Below, piece by piece: positions 1-9,643 of a stretch of 64,000 nucleotides of DNA. The translations under genes were made by a program, and so were the position numbers. The notes beneath the pieces were generated by a model. It was given only the letters and a program-made list of their open reading frames with translations. It was not told the DNA's origin and ran no database searches. Numbering within the stretch: position 1 is the first letter of the stretch; each line of letters starts with the position of its first letter. The DNA is from Oceanispirochaeta sp. (GTDB lineage Bacteria > Spirochaetota > Spirochaetia > DSM-2461), in contig CAXXOA010000001.1 in NCBI GenBank assembly GCA_963666275.2, forward strand, positions 1,440,001 through 1,504,000, read 5' to 3'.

Positions 1-754
1 CATTTTTGACGATTCACAGATTGTGACAGCCCTATTGAAAAGTAAAGATTCAGGTGTCCTGGCGGGGCTTCCCTTTTTCAGCCAGGTTTTCAGGAAAGTA
101 AACAAAGACATTGTCGTAGAGAAAATCAAAGAGGACGGTGATGTTCTCAAGCCGGGAGATCTGGTTGCAAAGGTCACAGGGCCTGTGGCTTCGGTTCTGG
201 AAGCGGAACGTACAGGTATAAACTTTCTCTCTTTTCTCTCCGGTATCGCCTCTGTTACGGCGGAGCATATAGCCGCTGCCAATGATAACGGCCATGTTGT
301 TATTCTGGATACAAGAAAAACCCTGCCCGGTTACAGGACTCTCTCCAAGTATGCCGTTACCATGGGAGGCGGCCAGAATCACAGAATGGGCCTGTATGAC
401 ATGGTTATGATAAAAGACAACCATGCCGATGCGGCCGGCGGAATCACAAAGGCTGTACAGAAAGTCCGCGAAAAGTGGGGCGAACTCTACAAGATTGAAG
501 TGGAATGCCGAAACATCGAGGAGGTCAAAGAAGCCCTGGACTGCCGGGTTGACGTGATTATGCTTGATAATATGTCTCCGGAAGAGTCAAAGGAAGCCGT
601 GGCTCTCAGAAGAGGGGATGTGGAGTTTGAAGCTTCGGGAAATATGGATCTTGAAAAAATCCGTAAATACAATACAACCGGTGTGGACTATATATCCATC
701 GGAAGGTTGACCCATTCTGTGGAGGCTTTTGATTTCTCCCTGGTCATGGAATGA
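1..754 (+). CDS. nadC: Quinolinate phosphoribosyltransferase (5' end outside window)
   Basis: Motifs LDTRKTLPG, NHRMGLYDMVMIKDNH, IEVEC, IMLDNM, EASG; frame is open back to position 2. Confidence 0.96.
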   Translation, partial: IFDDSQIVTALLKSKDSGVLAGLPFFSQVFRKVNKDIVVEKIKEDGDVLKPGDLVAKVTGPVASVLEAERTGINFLSFLSGIASVTAEHIAAANDNGHVVILDTRKTLPGYRTLSKYAVTMGGGQNHRMGLYDMVMIKDNHADAAGGITKAVQKVREKWGELYKIEVECRNIEEVKEALDCRVDVIMLDNMSPEESKEAVALRRGDVEFEASGNMDLEKIRKYNTTGVDYISIGRLTHSVEAFDFSLVME

Positions 755-2349
755 TTATGGCCGAATTCAGCAATTTTGATGTGATAATCATAGGCACGGG
801 GCTGGCGGGCCTTTCCTGTGCCATCACGGCGGCTGAGCAGGGCAGGAAGGTCTGTATCTTCAGTAAGTCTGAAAAACTGGAGGAAGCCAATACCTATTAT
901 GCTCAGGGGGGGATCGTCGGCAAAAGCGCGGAGGATTCCCACCAGCTCTTTTCGGAAGACATATACAGGGCGGGTGACTACCTTAACAGCAATGATGCTG
1001 TGAAGATGATCACTGAGCTGGGGCCTGATCTGGTGGATGAGTTCCTGGTGGACAAAGTCAAAGTGCAGTTCACCAGAAAAGAGGACGGCACTCTGGATCT
1101 GACCAGAGAGGCGGTCCACTCCATCCGGCGGATTTATCATGAAAAGGATAGAACCGGAAAGGCTATTGAAACAGCTCTTCTGGAATACATCCGTAAAACC
1201 GATAATATCCAGATCTTTCCCTTTCATATGGCTATAGACCTTATTTCGAGCTGTCACCACTCCCAGGATCCCCAGTCCAGGTATAAGCAGAACCGGATCA
1301 TAGGGGTATATGTCCTGAACTGTGAGACCAAAGAGGTCAATGCTGTCTTCGGCGGAGCTGTCGTTCTGGCCACAGGCGGAGTCGGGAATCTCTATAAGCA
1401 CTCTTCCAATCCCTCGGTGGCTACCGGCGACGGTCTGGCAATGGCCTATCAGGCGGGAGCTTCCATCATTAATGCTGAATTCGTCCAGTTTCATCCCACA
1501 ACTCTGTTTCACAGGGATGCAGAAAATTTTCTGATATCCGAGGCTGTAAGGGGTGAGGGGGCTATCCTTCTCAACCGCTATAAAGAACCCTTCATGCACC
1601 GCTACAATCCCAGTCTGAAAGACCTGGCCCCGAGGGATGAAGTAGCCCGGTCTATCTATATTGAGATGGAGAGGTGCGGTTTTTCCCATGTCTATCTGGA
1701 TACCCCTTCCATGAAAGTGGATATCCCCTCAACTTTCCCGGGGATCTATGAACAGTGCCTCAAGGTGGATATTGATATTACAAAAGAGCCGGTACCGGTT
1801 GTGCCGGCGGCCCATTACTTCTGCGGGGGCATCAAAGTCGATATGAACGGGCAGTCCTCTGTTCCGGGGCTTTTCGCCATCGGCGAGACAGCCTGTACCG
1901 GCGTGCACGGAGCGAACAGGCTGGCATCGGTGTCCCTTCTGGAAGCACTGGTCTGCGGTGTTAAAACCGGTAAGTTTGTGTCTGATCATGCAAAAAAACC
2001 GAGTCTTGAACTCAGGCGCTCCATCCCGGACTGGATCTACCCGGTTGATGAAGACAAGATAGACCCAATCCTTATCAAAAGCGACATAAACTCCATTAAA
2101 AGTCTTATGTGGAACTATGTGGGGATTATCCGATCCAGAAAACGCCTCTCCCGGGCGTTGAGCGATCTCAATTACCACTCCCACAGGATCGACAGGTTCT
2201 ACAGGGAAGCCGGTATTACAAGGGATCTGGTTGAGCTCAGGAATTCTGTCCTTGCCGCTACGGTGATAACAAGGGCTGCCTATAACAACAGGAAATCCCA
2301 GGGATGCCACTATATTGCCTCAAGAGACAGCAGCAGTGGAAAAAGTTGA
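751..2349 (+). CDS. nadB: L-aspartate oxidase
   Basis: GTGLAG FAD motif, TYYAQGG, QFHPT, SEAVRGEG, HYFCGG, GVHGANRLAS; overlaps nadC stop. Confidence 0.95.
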   Translation: MIMAEFSNFDVIIIGTGLAGLSCAITAAEQGRKVCIFSKSEKLEEANTYYAQGGIVGKSAEDSHQLFSEDIYRAGDYLNSNDAVKMITELGPDLVDEFLVDKVKVQFTRKEDGTLDLTREAVHSIRRIYHEKDRTGKAIETALLEYIRKTDNIQIFPFHMAIDLISSCHHSQDPQSRYKQNRIIGVYVLNCETKEVNAVFGGAVVLATGGVGNLYKHSSNPSVATGDGLAMAYQAGASIINAEFVQFHPTTLFHRDAENFLISEAVRGEGAILLNRYKEPFMHRYNPSLKDLAPRDEVARSIYIEMERCGFSHVYLDTPSMKVDIPSTFPGIYEQCLKVDIDITKEPVPVVPAAHYFCGGIKVDMNGQSSVPGLFAIGETACTGVHGANRLASVSLLEALVCGVKTGKFVSDHAKKPSLELRRSIPDWIYPVDEDKIDPILIKSDINSIKSLMWNYVGIIRSRKRLSRALSDLNYHSHRIDRFYREAGITRDLVELRNSVLAATVITRAAYNNRKSQGCHYIASRDSSSGKS

Positions 2350-3226
2350 AATTCTCTCACCGGCCAAGCTGAACTTTCATCTGTACGTGGGGGAGACCCG
2401 CTCGGACGGATTTCATGAGATACTCTCTCTCTTTCAGGCGGTTGATCTCTATGACAGAATAGAGGGGCATCTGCTTGAGGAAAAAGATGTCTGTACCATA
2501 GAGGGAGACTTCCCCTGCAAGACGGAAGAAAACCTGATCTTTAAGGCCTTTCAGCTCTTCCGGAAAAAAACAGGAAAAGACGATGGCGTGGCATTCCGGG
2601 TGGATAAAAAGATCCCATCCGAAGCCGGGCTGGGGGGAGGATCCTCTAATGCGGCTTCGGCACTGAAGGTTCTTGAACGTCTTCATAGACTGGAAATCCC
2701 ACGGAAAGATATGCTGGAAATGGCGGAAGCGCTGGGCAGTGATGTTCCCTTTTTCTTCTATGGGGCCTCTGCCGCGGTCAGTGGAAGGGGTGAAATTGTA
2801 GAGCCTCTGGAGGCTCGTGAGGCCTTCTCTATGGTGCTTGTCAAGCCTGAAAGTCTGAGCATTTCCACAGCCGAGGCCTATAGGCTTGTTGATCAGTGGC
2901 AGGAGTCTGTTTCCAGAAAGCAACCGTATATATCAAAAGAAGATATGGTTGAGCAGTTCCTCTATTCCGCCCCGTCGGAATGGTCCTACTATAACACCTT
3001 TTTTGAAACTTTTAAAAATCAATATAAACCCCTTGAGTTTATTTCTAATCTTCTTTATGATTCAGGAGCTGTATTCACCGGGCTGTCCGGAAGCGGCAGC
3101 GCCCTGTTCGGAATCTTCCAGAAAGAGGAGAATTCGGAGGAAGCGCAGCTGAAGCTGTCAGAGTACTTTCCCTTTGTGGAAAGAATTATTTCTATTAATA
3201 GCATTCCGCCTGCTTATGTTATATAA
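2336..3226 (+). CDS. ispE: 4-diphosphocytidyl-2-C-methyl-D-erythritol kinase
   Basis: SPAKLN, KKIPSEAGLGGGSSNAA, LGSDVPFF, SGSGS; GTG at 2336 chosen as likely start. Confidence 0.94.
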   Translation: MEKVEILSPAKLNFHLYVGETRSDGFHEILSLFQAVDLYDRIEGHLLEEKDVCTIEGDFPCKTEENLIFKAFQLFRKKTGKDDGVAFRVDKKIPSEAGLGGGSSNAASALKVLERLHRLEIPRKDMLEMAEALGSDVPFFFYGASAAVSGRGEIVEPLEAREAFSMVLVKPESLSISTAEAYRLVDQWQESVSRKQPYISKEDMVEQFLYSAPSEWSYYNTFFETFKNQYKPLEFISNLLYDSGAVFTGLSGSGSALFGIFQKEENSEEAQLKLSEYFPFVERIISINSIPPAYVI

Positions 3227-3263
3227 TAAATTTAACATTGCGCATAAGCGGTAGGAGGAGCTA

Positions 3264-3548
3264 ATGGAAATTACTGACATCCGCATTCGGAAAGTTAATG
3301 CAGACGGTAAACTGAAGGCCTATGTAACGGTTACTTTTGATGAATCCTTTGTTGTTCATAATGTGAAAATTATTGAAGGAGACAGTGGGGTTTTCATTGC
3401 TATGCCAAGCAGGAAGACGAAGAACGGTGTGTACAAGGATGTGGCTCATCCTATCAATACGGAATTCCGGACGGTTCTACAGGACCGCATCCTGGAAGAA
3501 TATAATAATTTAGGCCCTGATGCGGAAGTTGCCGATGCAATGGGCTGA
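3264..3548 (+). CDS. spoVG: SpoVG family nucleic-acid-binding regulator
   Basis: MEITDIRIR...FIAMPSRK...YKDVAHPIN; AGGAGG Shine-Dalgarno; typical ispE-spoVG synteny. Confidence 0.96.
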   Translation: MEITDIRIRKVNADGKLKAYVTVTFDESFVVHNVKIIEGDSGVFIAMPSRKTKNGVYKDVAHPINTEFRTVLQDRILEEYNNLGPDAEVADAMG

Positions 3549-3573
3549 TAATGAAACATTAGATAGAAAAAAT

Positions 3574-3645
3574 TTGGACGTCGGCAAGCGGTAAGCCACC
3601 GGGTTTTGATCCCGGCATTCGCAGGTTCGAATCCTGCCGTCCAAG
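3574..3645 (+). tRNA. tRNA-Gln (anticodon TTG), CCA not encoded
   Basis: Acceptor TTGGACG/CGTCCAA; anticodon arm CCGGG-TTTTGAT-CCCGG; T arm GCAGG-TTCGAAT-CCTGC. Confidence 0.96.
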
Positions 3646-3678
3646 CTACTTTTTTTGTCATTGCAAGGAGATTTTAAA

Positions 3679-4275
3679 ATGGAGCAGAAAACCCTCTCTG
3701 TTGTTGAGCGGAAGGAATTCAAAAAGGGACCTGCCAAACAATTAAGAAAAGAGGGGAAAATCCCCGCGGTGATTTACGGGCACACAGACCCTGTTCATAT
3801 TTCGGTTGACGCCAGAGAATTTGGAAGAAAATTCAAAGTCGTTACTGAAAACACCATTATTTCTCTTGATATGGATGGTAAGAGTGTAGAGGTTCTGGTT
3901 AAGGATCTTCAGGAAGATATTGTAACTGAAACCGTAGAGCACATCGATTTTTATGAAATCGAAAAGGGAAAAGCCCTGAAAACTCACGTTCCTATTCATC
4001 TGAAAGGAAACTCTGTGGGTGTGAAAGAAGGCGGACTTCTGGAACAGATTATCGATCAGCTCGAAGTGGAATGTCTTCCTAAGGACCTTCCCGAAGAGAT
4101 TTCAATTGATATTTCCGGACTGCAGATGGGAGAATCCATCCATGTGAAGGATCTGGCCCTTTCTGAAGGTGTAAAAGCCCTGGTTGCAGAAGACAGAACA
4201 GTTGTTGTTGTAACAGCACCTAAAACTGAAACTACTGCTGACGCTGAAGGCGAAGAAGAAGCTGCAGAGGAATAA
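3679..4275 (+). CDS. rplY: 50S ribosomal protein bL25 / Ctc
   Basis: LRKEGKIPAVIYG, EHIDFY, GVKEGG, VECLPKDLPE; AAGGAG upstream of ATG 3679. Confidence 0.95.
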   Translation: MEQKTLSVVERKEFKKGPAKQLRKEGKIPAVIYGHTDPVHISVDAREFGRKFKVVTENTIISLDMDGKSVEVLVKDLQEDIVTETVEHIDFYEIEKGKALKTHVPIHLKGNSVGVKEGGLLEQIIDQLEVECLPKDLPEEISIDISGLQMGESIHVKDLALSEGVKALVAEDRTVVVVTAPKTETTADAEGEEEAAEE

Positions 4276-4277
4276 TT

Positions 4278-4856
4278 CTGAATATTCTTATTGCCGGTCT
4301 GGGGAATCCCGGAACGAAATATATAAAAACCCGGCATAATGTCGGGTTTTATATGTTGGAGCTGCTCGCTGAGCAGCTCTCTTTGTCTCTGAAGAAGCCC
4401 CTGTTCAGAAACTATCATACGGCGCATCATAAAAGCGGGTCGTCCAGCACTGTTCATCTTGTAAAGCCTCTGACCTACATGAACCGGTCGGGCGAAATCC
4501 TTCCGGCGCTTATGAAAAAGTCCCGAACAGAGATGTCCGGTCTGATTGTCATTACTGACAACATGGACCTCCCTCCTGGGAAAATCCGCATGAAATTCGG
4601 TGGATCTTCGGCTGGTCACAACGGATTGAAATCCATTATGGCCCATACGGATTCTTCCGATTTCTACAGACTGTATATCGGAGTGGGAAGGCCTGAAAAA
4701 GGTCATTCCGTAGTCGACCATGTCCTGGGAGATTTCTCGCAGGATCACAGAGCTCTTATGGAAGAAGCCGTCAGAAAAGCGACTTCTGCATTTCTGACAT
4801 TGGGAGAGGCATCTCCCGGGCAGGTAATGAATGTCATCAATTCAGGAAAAAGTTGA
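4278..4856 (+). CDS. pth: Peptidyl-tRNA hydrolase (probable non-canonical CTG start)
   Basis: LIAGLGNPG..Y..TRHNVGF lies in frame upstream of the first ATG (4353); also KPLTYMNRSG and GHNGLKS. Confidence 0.93.
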   Translation: MNILIAGLGNPGTKYIKTRHNVGFYMLELLAEQLSLSLKKPLFRNYHTAHHKSGSSSTVHLVKPLTYMNRSGEILPALMKKSRTEMSGLIVITDNMDLPPGKIRMKFGGSSAGHNGLKSIMAHTDSSDFYRLYIGVGRPEKGHSVVDHVLGDFSQDHRALMEEAVRKATSAFLTLGEASPGQVMNVINSGKS

Positions 4857-6135
4857 AAGCGCCTTTCTACAGACCCTGAATAACCTCCCTCCTTTAAAGA
4901 AACTTCATCTGATCTGCGCCTATTCGGGGGGGCCCGATTCCTCTGTCCTCCTCTTTCTTCTGAAAAAATTTCAGAAGCTGTATTCCTACGGTTTGACAGC
5001 CGCCTATGTAAATCATAATATCCGCTCTGAAAAAGAGATGTCTCAGGAAATGCATCAGGTCCGTTGCTTTGTAGAGGAGCATCAGATTGATTTTCAGGTC
5101 AAAACATATGCTCCCGGTTTTATAGAATGGTATGCCCGGAAAAAGGGACTGGGGATTGAAGCTGCCGCCAGACAGTGCCGCTACCACTTTTTCAGCTCTC
5201 TTTCAAAGAAGTATTCCCATTCCCTTCTGGTTTTGGGGCACAACGGGAATGATCAGACTGAAACCCTGCTCATGCGCCTTTTTCAGGGGGCCGGCCCGGA
5301 GGGGCTGAAAGGAATACGTCAGATTGAAGGGCAGCTGCTGCGGCCCCTGCTTGCTGTTTCCCGATCTGATATTCTCTCCTATGCTGAGAATCAGAAAATC
5401 CTCTACTGGAATGATTCAACCAACAGCGGGGGAGACTACAGGAGAAACAGAATAAGGCAGGAACTTGTTCCTGTCCTGGATTCCATATTTCCTGATTTTA
5501 GAAAAGCCTTTTACGGTCACATTGAAGACTATACTGCTCTGGGGGATTTTGCCTCTTTCTCTCTCTCCTGGAAAACCCATCCCGAAGGCTGGACCATTCC
5601 CCGGAAAGATTTCTCAACTTTACCCTTTTCAGCCAGAAAAAAGCTTGTCCTGGAAAAAATCAACCTTCTCAATAAGGGCAGGCTCCCCCGGGATTTCCGG
5701 ATTCCCGGAGGGTTTTTCAATCCTCTGGAAGACCTGGAATCCGATAGGATCCTTCTGAAGGGATATGGAATCTCTGTGAAGATACAGGGGGAGGATCTGA
5801 TCCTCTCCTCACATGACAGGAAGAAAAACTGCGGTCTTTTTCATCTTCTGGATCAGAAAAATCCCTATGATTCGGAAGCTCTTTCTCTTGCCCTTTCAGA
5901 TCCATCGGAAGGGAAATCCGGATATAAATATAATCCGGAAAGATATTTACTCGTCAGAGAAATGGAAAGGGGAGGGGGAGGACTTTACGATGGCCATCAA
6001 TGTCTGCTGAAATGGAATTCCGAGGGCACAATTATTTACAGGTCCCAAGTATTCAAGAAAAAACTGGAAAATAGGGCATATGAGGGACTAGATTGTATTA
6101 TAATTGAATTAGAGGTAAAAGATGCCCTTGGATGA
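4831..6135 (+). CDS. tilS: tRNA(Ile)-lysidine synthetase
   Basis: SGGPDS PP-loop, EAAAR..RY, GHNGNDQTET, RPLL, RNRIR; pth-tilS-ftsH synteny. Confidence 0.93.
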   Translation: MSSIQEKVESAFLQTLNNLPPLKKLHLICAYSGGPDSSVLLFLLKKFQKLYSYGLTAAYVNHNIRSEKEMSQEMHQVRCFVEEHQIDFQVKTYAPGFIEWYARKKGLGIEAAARQCRYHFFSSLSKKYSHSLLVLGHNGNDQTETLLMRLFQGAGPEGLKGIRQIEGQLLRPLLAVSRSDILSYAENQKILYWNDSTNSGGDYRRNRIRQELVPVLDSIFPDFRKAFYGHIEDYTALGDFASFSLSWKTHPEGWTIPRKDFSTLPFSARKKLVLEKINLLNKGRLPRDFRIPGGFFNPLEDLESDRILLKGYGISVKIQGEDLILSSHDRKKNCGLFHLLDQKNPYDSEALSLALSDPSEGKSGYKYNPERYLLVREMERGGGGLYDGHQCLLKWNSEGTIIYRSQVFKKKLENRAYEGLDCIIIELEVKDALG

Positions 6136-7990
6136 TAATAACAACAACGGTAACGACAATTTCAATTTTAACAACAACAAAACAGCTCTCATGTTCCTGG
6201 GACTCCTTGTCATGTTTTTCATGATTTTCTTCTCCATGTCCAATGAAGGCACCATGAATGAGATTCCCTATTCGGTCTTTCTCCAGTATGTGGAAAAAGG
6301 CCGAGTCTATGATATCCAGATCCTGGATCAGAGGGAGATACAGGGGCGTTTTGTCGATCAGAATGAGACTGACCGGGGAGGCGGTTACTTCTCGACGACC
6401 ATCCCCTACTATGATGACAATTTAATGAATATGCTCATAGAAAACGGTGTCAGCGTGGAAGGAGGGGAGGAAACTCTGTCCATAGGCATGGTTCTTCTCC
6501 AGCTTCTTCCATGGGGGCTGAGTTTTCTTTTTATCTGGTGGATGTTCCGCAGTGTTCAGGGGGGCGGCAATAAAGCGTTCAGTTTCGGCAAGAGCAAGGC
6601 CCGCCGTTACGATCAGACCATGGACAAGATCCTTTTTTCCGATGTGGCCGGTCAGGAAGAATCCAAATATGAACTTATGGAAGTTGTTGAGTTCCTCAAA
6701 GATCCTGATAAATTTACAAAAATCGGCGCCAAGATCCCCAAAGGGGTTCTTCTGGTTGGAAATCCCGGTACGGGAAAGACCCTGCTGGCCAGAGCCGTCG
6801 CCGGTGAAGCGGGGGTCCCGTTTTTTCATATGTCCGGTTCTGACTTTGTTGAGATGTTTGTGGGGGTCGGGGCAAGCCGTGTCAGGGATCTCTTTGAACA
6901 GGGAAGAAAAAATGCCCCCTGTATCCTTTTCATAGATGAAATCGATGCGGTGGGAAGAACCAGGGGCGCCGGATACGGAGGCGGTCATGACGAGAGGGAA
7001 CAGACCCTCAATCAGCTTCTTGTGGAGATGGACGGATTTGATACCAAATCGGCTGTAATTATCATAGCCGCTACAAACCGTCCGGATGTTCTGGATCCGG
7101 CTCTTATGAGGCCTGGACGGTTTGATCGTCAGGTGGTAGTGGATATGCCGGATATCAGGGAAAGAGAAGCCATTATCGCTATTCATGCCCGCAAGGTTCA
7201 TCTGGCCTCTTCTGTGAATCTTTCCATTATCGCCAGGGCAACCCCGGGCAGTTCCGGTGCGGATCTGGCCAATATTGTGAATGAAGCGGCTCTTTTTGCC
7301 GCAAGAAGAGGGTCCGAAGTGGTGGAGCTGGAGGACTTCGAAGAAGCCCGGGATAAAGTTATGATGGGTGTAGCCAAAAAATCCCGTGTCCTTAGTATTC
7401 ATGAACGGGAGATGACAGCCTATCATGAAGCGGGACATGCTCTCCTGCATTACCATCTCAAGAATGCGGACCCTGTCCATAAAGTCACCATTATTCCCCG
7501 GGGGATGGCTCTGGGGGTGACCTTCTCTCTGCCTGAAGAGGATCATTATGCCAGAAGCAGCGGATGGCTGATGGACAGGATCGTGATCTCCTACGGGGGC
7601 TATGTGGCGGAGCAGCTCATCTATAATGAAACAACCACCGGGGCCAAAAATGATATAGAGCAGGCTACGGGAATGGCCAGGAAAATGGTCTGTGAATGGG
7701 GTATGAGCCATTCCATCGGGCCTATTGCCCTGGGCAGTGATGATGAACCTATTTTCATCGGCAAGGAAATTGCCCAGCATAAAGATTATTCGGATCAGAC
7801 GGCATATATGATTGACAATGAGGTCAGACGCATATTAAATGAAGGATTAGAGACAGCGAGGAAAATCCTGACAGACAATCGGGGACAGCTGGAAGCTATT
7901 ACAGAAGCCCTTCTGAAGAAGGAAACTCTGGATGACCGGGAGATCCGGCAGCTTCTGGGACCTCAGTTTCAAATTAGCGAAGACAAGTAA
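6122..7990 (+). CDS. ftsH: ATP-dependent zinc metalloprotease FtsH
   Basis: Two TM segments, GNPGTGKT Walker A, FIDEID Walker B, RPGRFDR, HEAGH zinc motif. Confidence 0.98.
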   Translation: MPLDDNNNNGNDNFNFNNNKTALMFLGLLVMFFMIFFSMSNEGTMNEIPYSVFLQYVEKGRVYDIQILDQREIQGRFVDQNETDRGGGYFSTTIPYYDDNLMNMLIENGVSVEGGEETLSIGMVLLQLLPWGLSFLFIWWMFRSVQGGGNKAFSFGKSKARRYDQTMDKILFSDVAGQEESKYELMEVVEFLKDPDKFTKIGAKIPKGVLLVGNPGTGKTLLARAVAGEAGVPFFHMSGSDFVEMFVGVGASRVRDLFEQGRKNAPCILFIDEIDAVGRTRGAGYGGGHDEREQTLNQLLVEMDGFDTKSAVIIIAATNRPDVLDPALMRPGRFDRQVVVDMPDIREREAIIAIHARKVHLASSVNLSIIARATPGSSGADLANIVNEAALFAARRGSEVVELEDFEEARDKVMMGVAKKSRVLSIHEREMTAYHEAGHALLHYHLKNADPVHKVTIIPRGMALGVTFSLPEEDHYARSSGWLMDRIVISYGGYVAEQLIYNETTTGAKNDIEQATGMARKMVCEWGMSHSIGPIALGSDDEPIFIGKEIAQHKDYSDQTAYMIDNEVRRILNEGLETARKILTDNRGQLEAITEALLKKETLDDREIRQLLGPQFQISEDK

Positions 7991-7996
7991 CAACTA

Positions 7997-9643
7997 GTGA
8001 ATAAAAAAACAAAGACGATCCTAACTCTTATCCTGTGTACCGCTTTCACCTTATCTGCCCAGAGAACGCCCGATTCGGAAATGGCGGATCTCTATGCCCG
8101 GTATGCCTGGAGCGCCTATTCCGAAGGGAACTGGGACGAATTCAGGGATCTGACAGCCACGGGTGTGGAGTTTGATGCTCTTAATCCTGATCTTCTGAGT
8201 TTTCAGGGAATTATCTACAGGAATGACAGCAGATTTTACGATGCATCCGTCAGTTTTGAAAAATCCTATCAGCAGGAAGGGGATACAAACTACCTGGGAA
8301 AAATGGAGATCCTTGCCATTCTGGGGGAAATCTATTTCAGGCTGGGCGAGGATCGGGCTCTGATTGATCTCTACACTTCTGTGGACCGGATGTATACGGA
8401 TAATCCGGATCTGCTCTTTTATACTGTTCAGTCCTATTTCAGAGAGGGGCTCCGCGAAAGGGCAAATGCTCTGGCCGAGGAAGGGGTTTACAGATTTCAG
8501 GATCAGAGATTCCTCATTCTCCTCAGCAGCTGGCAGCCTAACTCTGGATATCCTGCCATACTGGCCGAGTTTATTGAGAGACAGGGGCTCCTCTTTCCGG
8601 ATCTTCTGGCCAGAACGATCATTGATTCCAGATCAGAGAATAAAAAACTCATGTATCTCTATATAGGAGCCGCCAGGGATCTGAACAGCTGGTATTTCTC
8701 CACCAGGTATCTCAATATCCGCACGGAGTCTCATCTCCTTCCCGAAGTGGATCCCCGCAGGGTCTGGCCGGTGGAAGTGATAAAAGCGGTCTGGGAGGAG
8801 AATAATCCCTCTTCACTGCTGCGGGGACTTGATTTGAAAGTTCCTGTAAGGGTGGATACTTCCGAGGACGGATTTCCCAACTGGGAACTTATTTCCACCG
8901 GAGAGGACTATATCTGGCTGAATGATGAAAATCAGGACGGCGCAACGGATTTCCGGATCCTCTGGAATCCCGACCTGTCTCTGAAGAGCATTGAAAACTT
9001 CAACAGGGATTACAGAATCCTCTGTAACTACAATGAGTATCCTTCCGTGGAGAGTGTTAATATTTCAGGACCGGGCAGAACAGTGAGAACCTATCTTTTT
9101 CTTCCTTCCACATACTCTCTTCCCATGAGGGAGGGGACCGGGATCTCCTGGGAGGAACTGATTGATCTGGATGTTGAAGATCTGCCTCTCTGGCTATTTG
9201 CGGGAGAGGCTTATCATCTTAAAGCCTGCTACTCTCTGAAAGACAGGGTTCAGTCCGGGAATGACAGTCTCTTCAGGGACTATACGGTTATAGACGGAAA
9301 AATCAGCCGGTTTCGGGAGGATTCCAATTTTGACGGCCATTTTGACAGGACCGTTCTGCTGGAGGACTGGATGCCTGTCAAAGGGTACAGGGATCTGGAT
9401 CTGGACGGGACCTTTGATCTTGAGGAGGTCTATCAGAACGGAAGGCTTACGAGCCTTAAAGTTCAGGGAGACCGCAGCCGTATTGAAGAGTATTATGATT
9501 TATGGAATAGTAAACGGTATCAGTTGTGGGATTTTGACAGAACCAGCTTTTATGATGCGGCTCTGATTCAGGAATCAGATCTTTCCTGGACTGAAACGAA
9601 ACTTAACGATAATGTGTTTATGCAATTGGATAGTGGTGAATGA
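7997..9643 (+). CDS. Exported protein with TPR-like N-terminus and DxNxDG-type repeats, function unknown
   Basis: Signal-peptide-like N-terminus; repeats DTSEDG, DENQDG, DSNFDG, DLDLDG. Confidence 0.7.
   Translation: MNKKTKTILTLILCTAFTLSAQRTPDSEMADLYARYAWSAYSEGNWDEFRDLTATGVEFDALNPDLLSFQGIIYRNDSRFYDASVSFEKSYQQEGDTNYLGKMEILAILGEIYFRLGEDRALIDLYTSVDRMYTDNPDLLFYTVQSYFREGLRERANALAEEGVYRFQDQRFLILLSSWQPNSGYPAILAEFIERQGLLFPDLLARTIIDSRSENKKLMYLYIGAARDLNSWYFSTRYLNIRTESHLLPEVDPRRVWPVEVIKAVWEENNPSSLLRGLDLKVPVRVDTSEDGFPNWELISTGEDYIWLNDENQDGATDFRILWNPDLSLKSIENFNRDYRILCNYNEYPSVESVNISGPGRTVRTYLFLPSTYSLPMREGTGISWEELIDLDVEDLPLWLFAGEAYHLKACYSLKDRVQSGNDSLFRDYTVIDGKISRFREDSNFDGHFDRTVLLEDWMPVKGYRDLDLDGTFDLEEVYQNGRLTSLKVQGDRSRIEEYYDLWNSKRYQLWDFDRTSFYDAALIQESDLSWTETKLNDNVFMQLDSGE

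Noticed and set aside
6131..6180. AAC/AAT trinucleotide-rich run at the ftsH 5' end
   Set aside because: It encodes an in-frame Asn-rich N-terminus, is imperfect, and gives no sign of phase variation.
6422..7780. 452-aa antisense ORF over ftsH, and similar long antisense ORFs over nadB, ntpA, ntpI, uvrA and corC
   Set aside because: They lie opposite well-conserved genes and show no recognisable motifs; these are typical codon-bias shadows.
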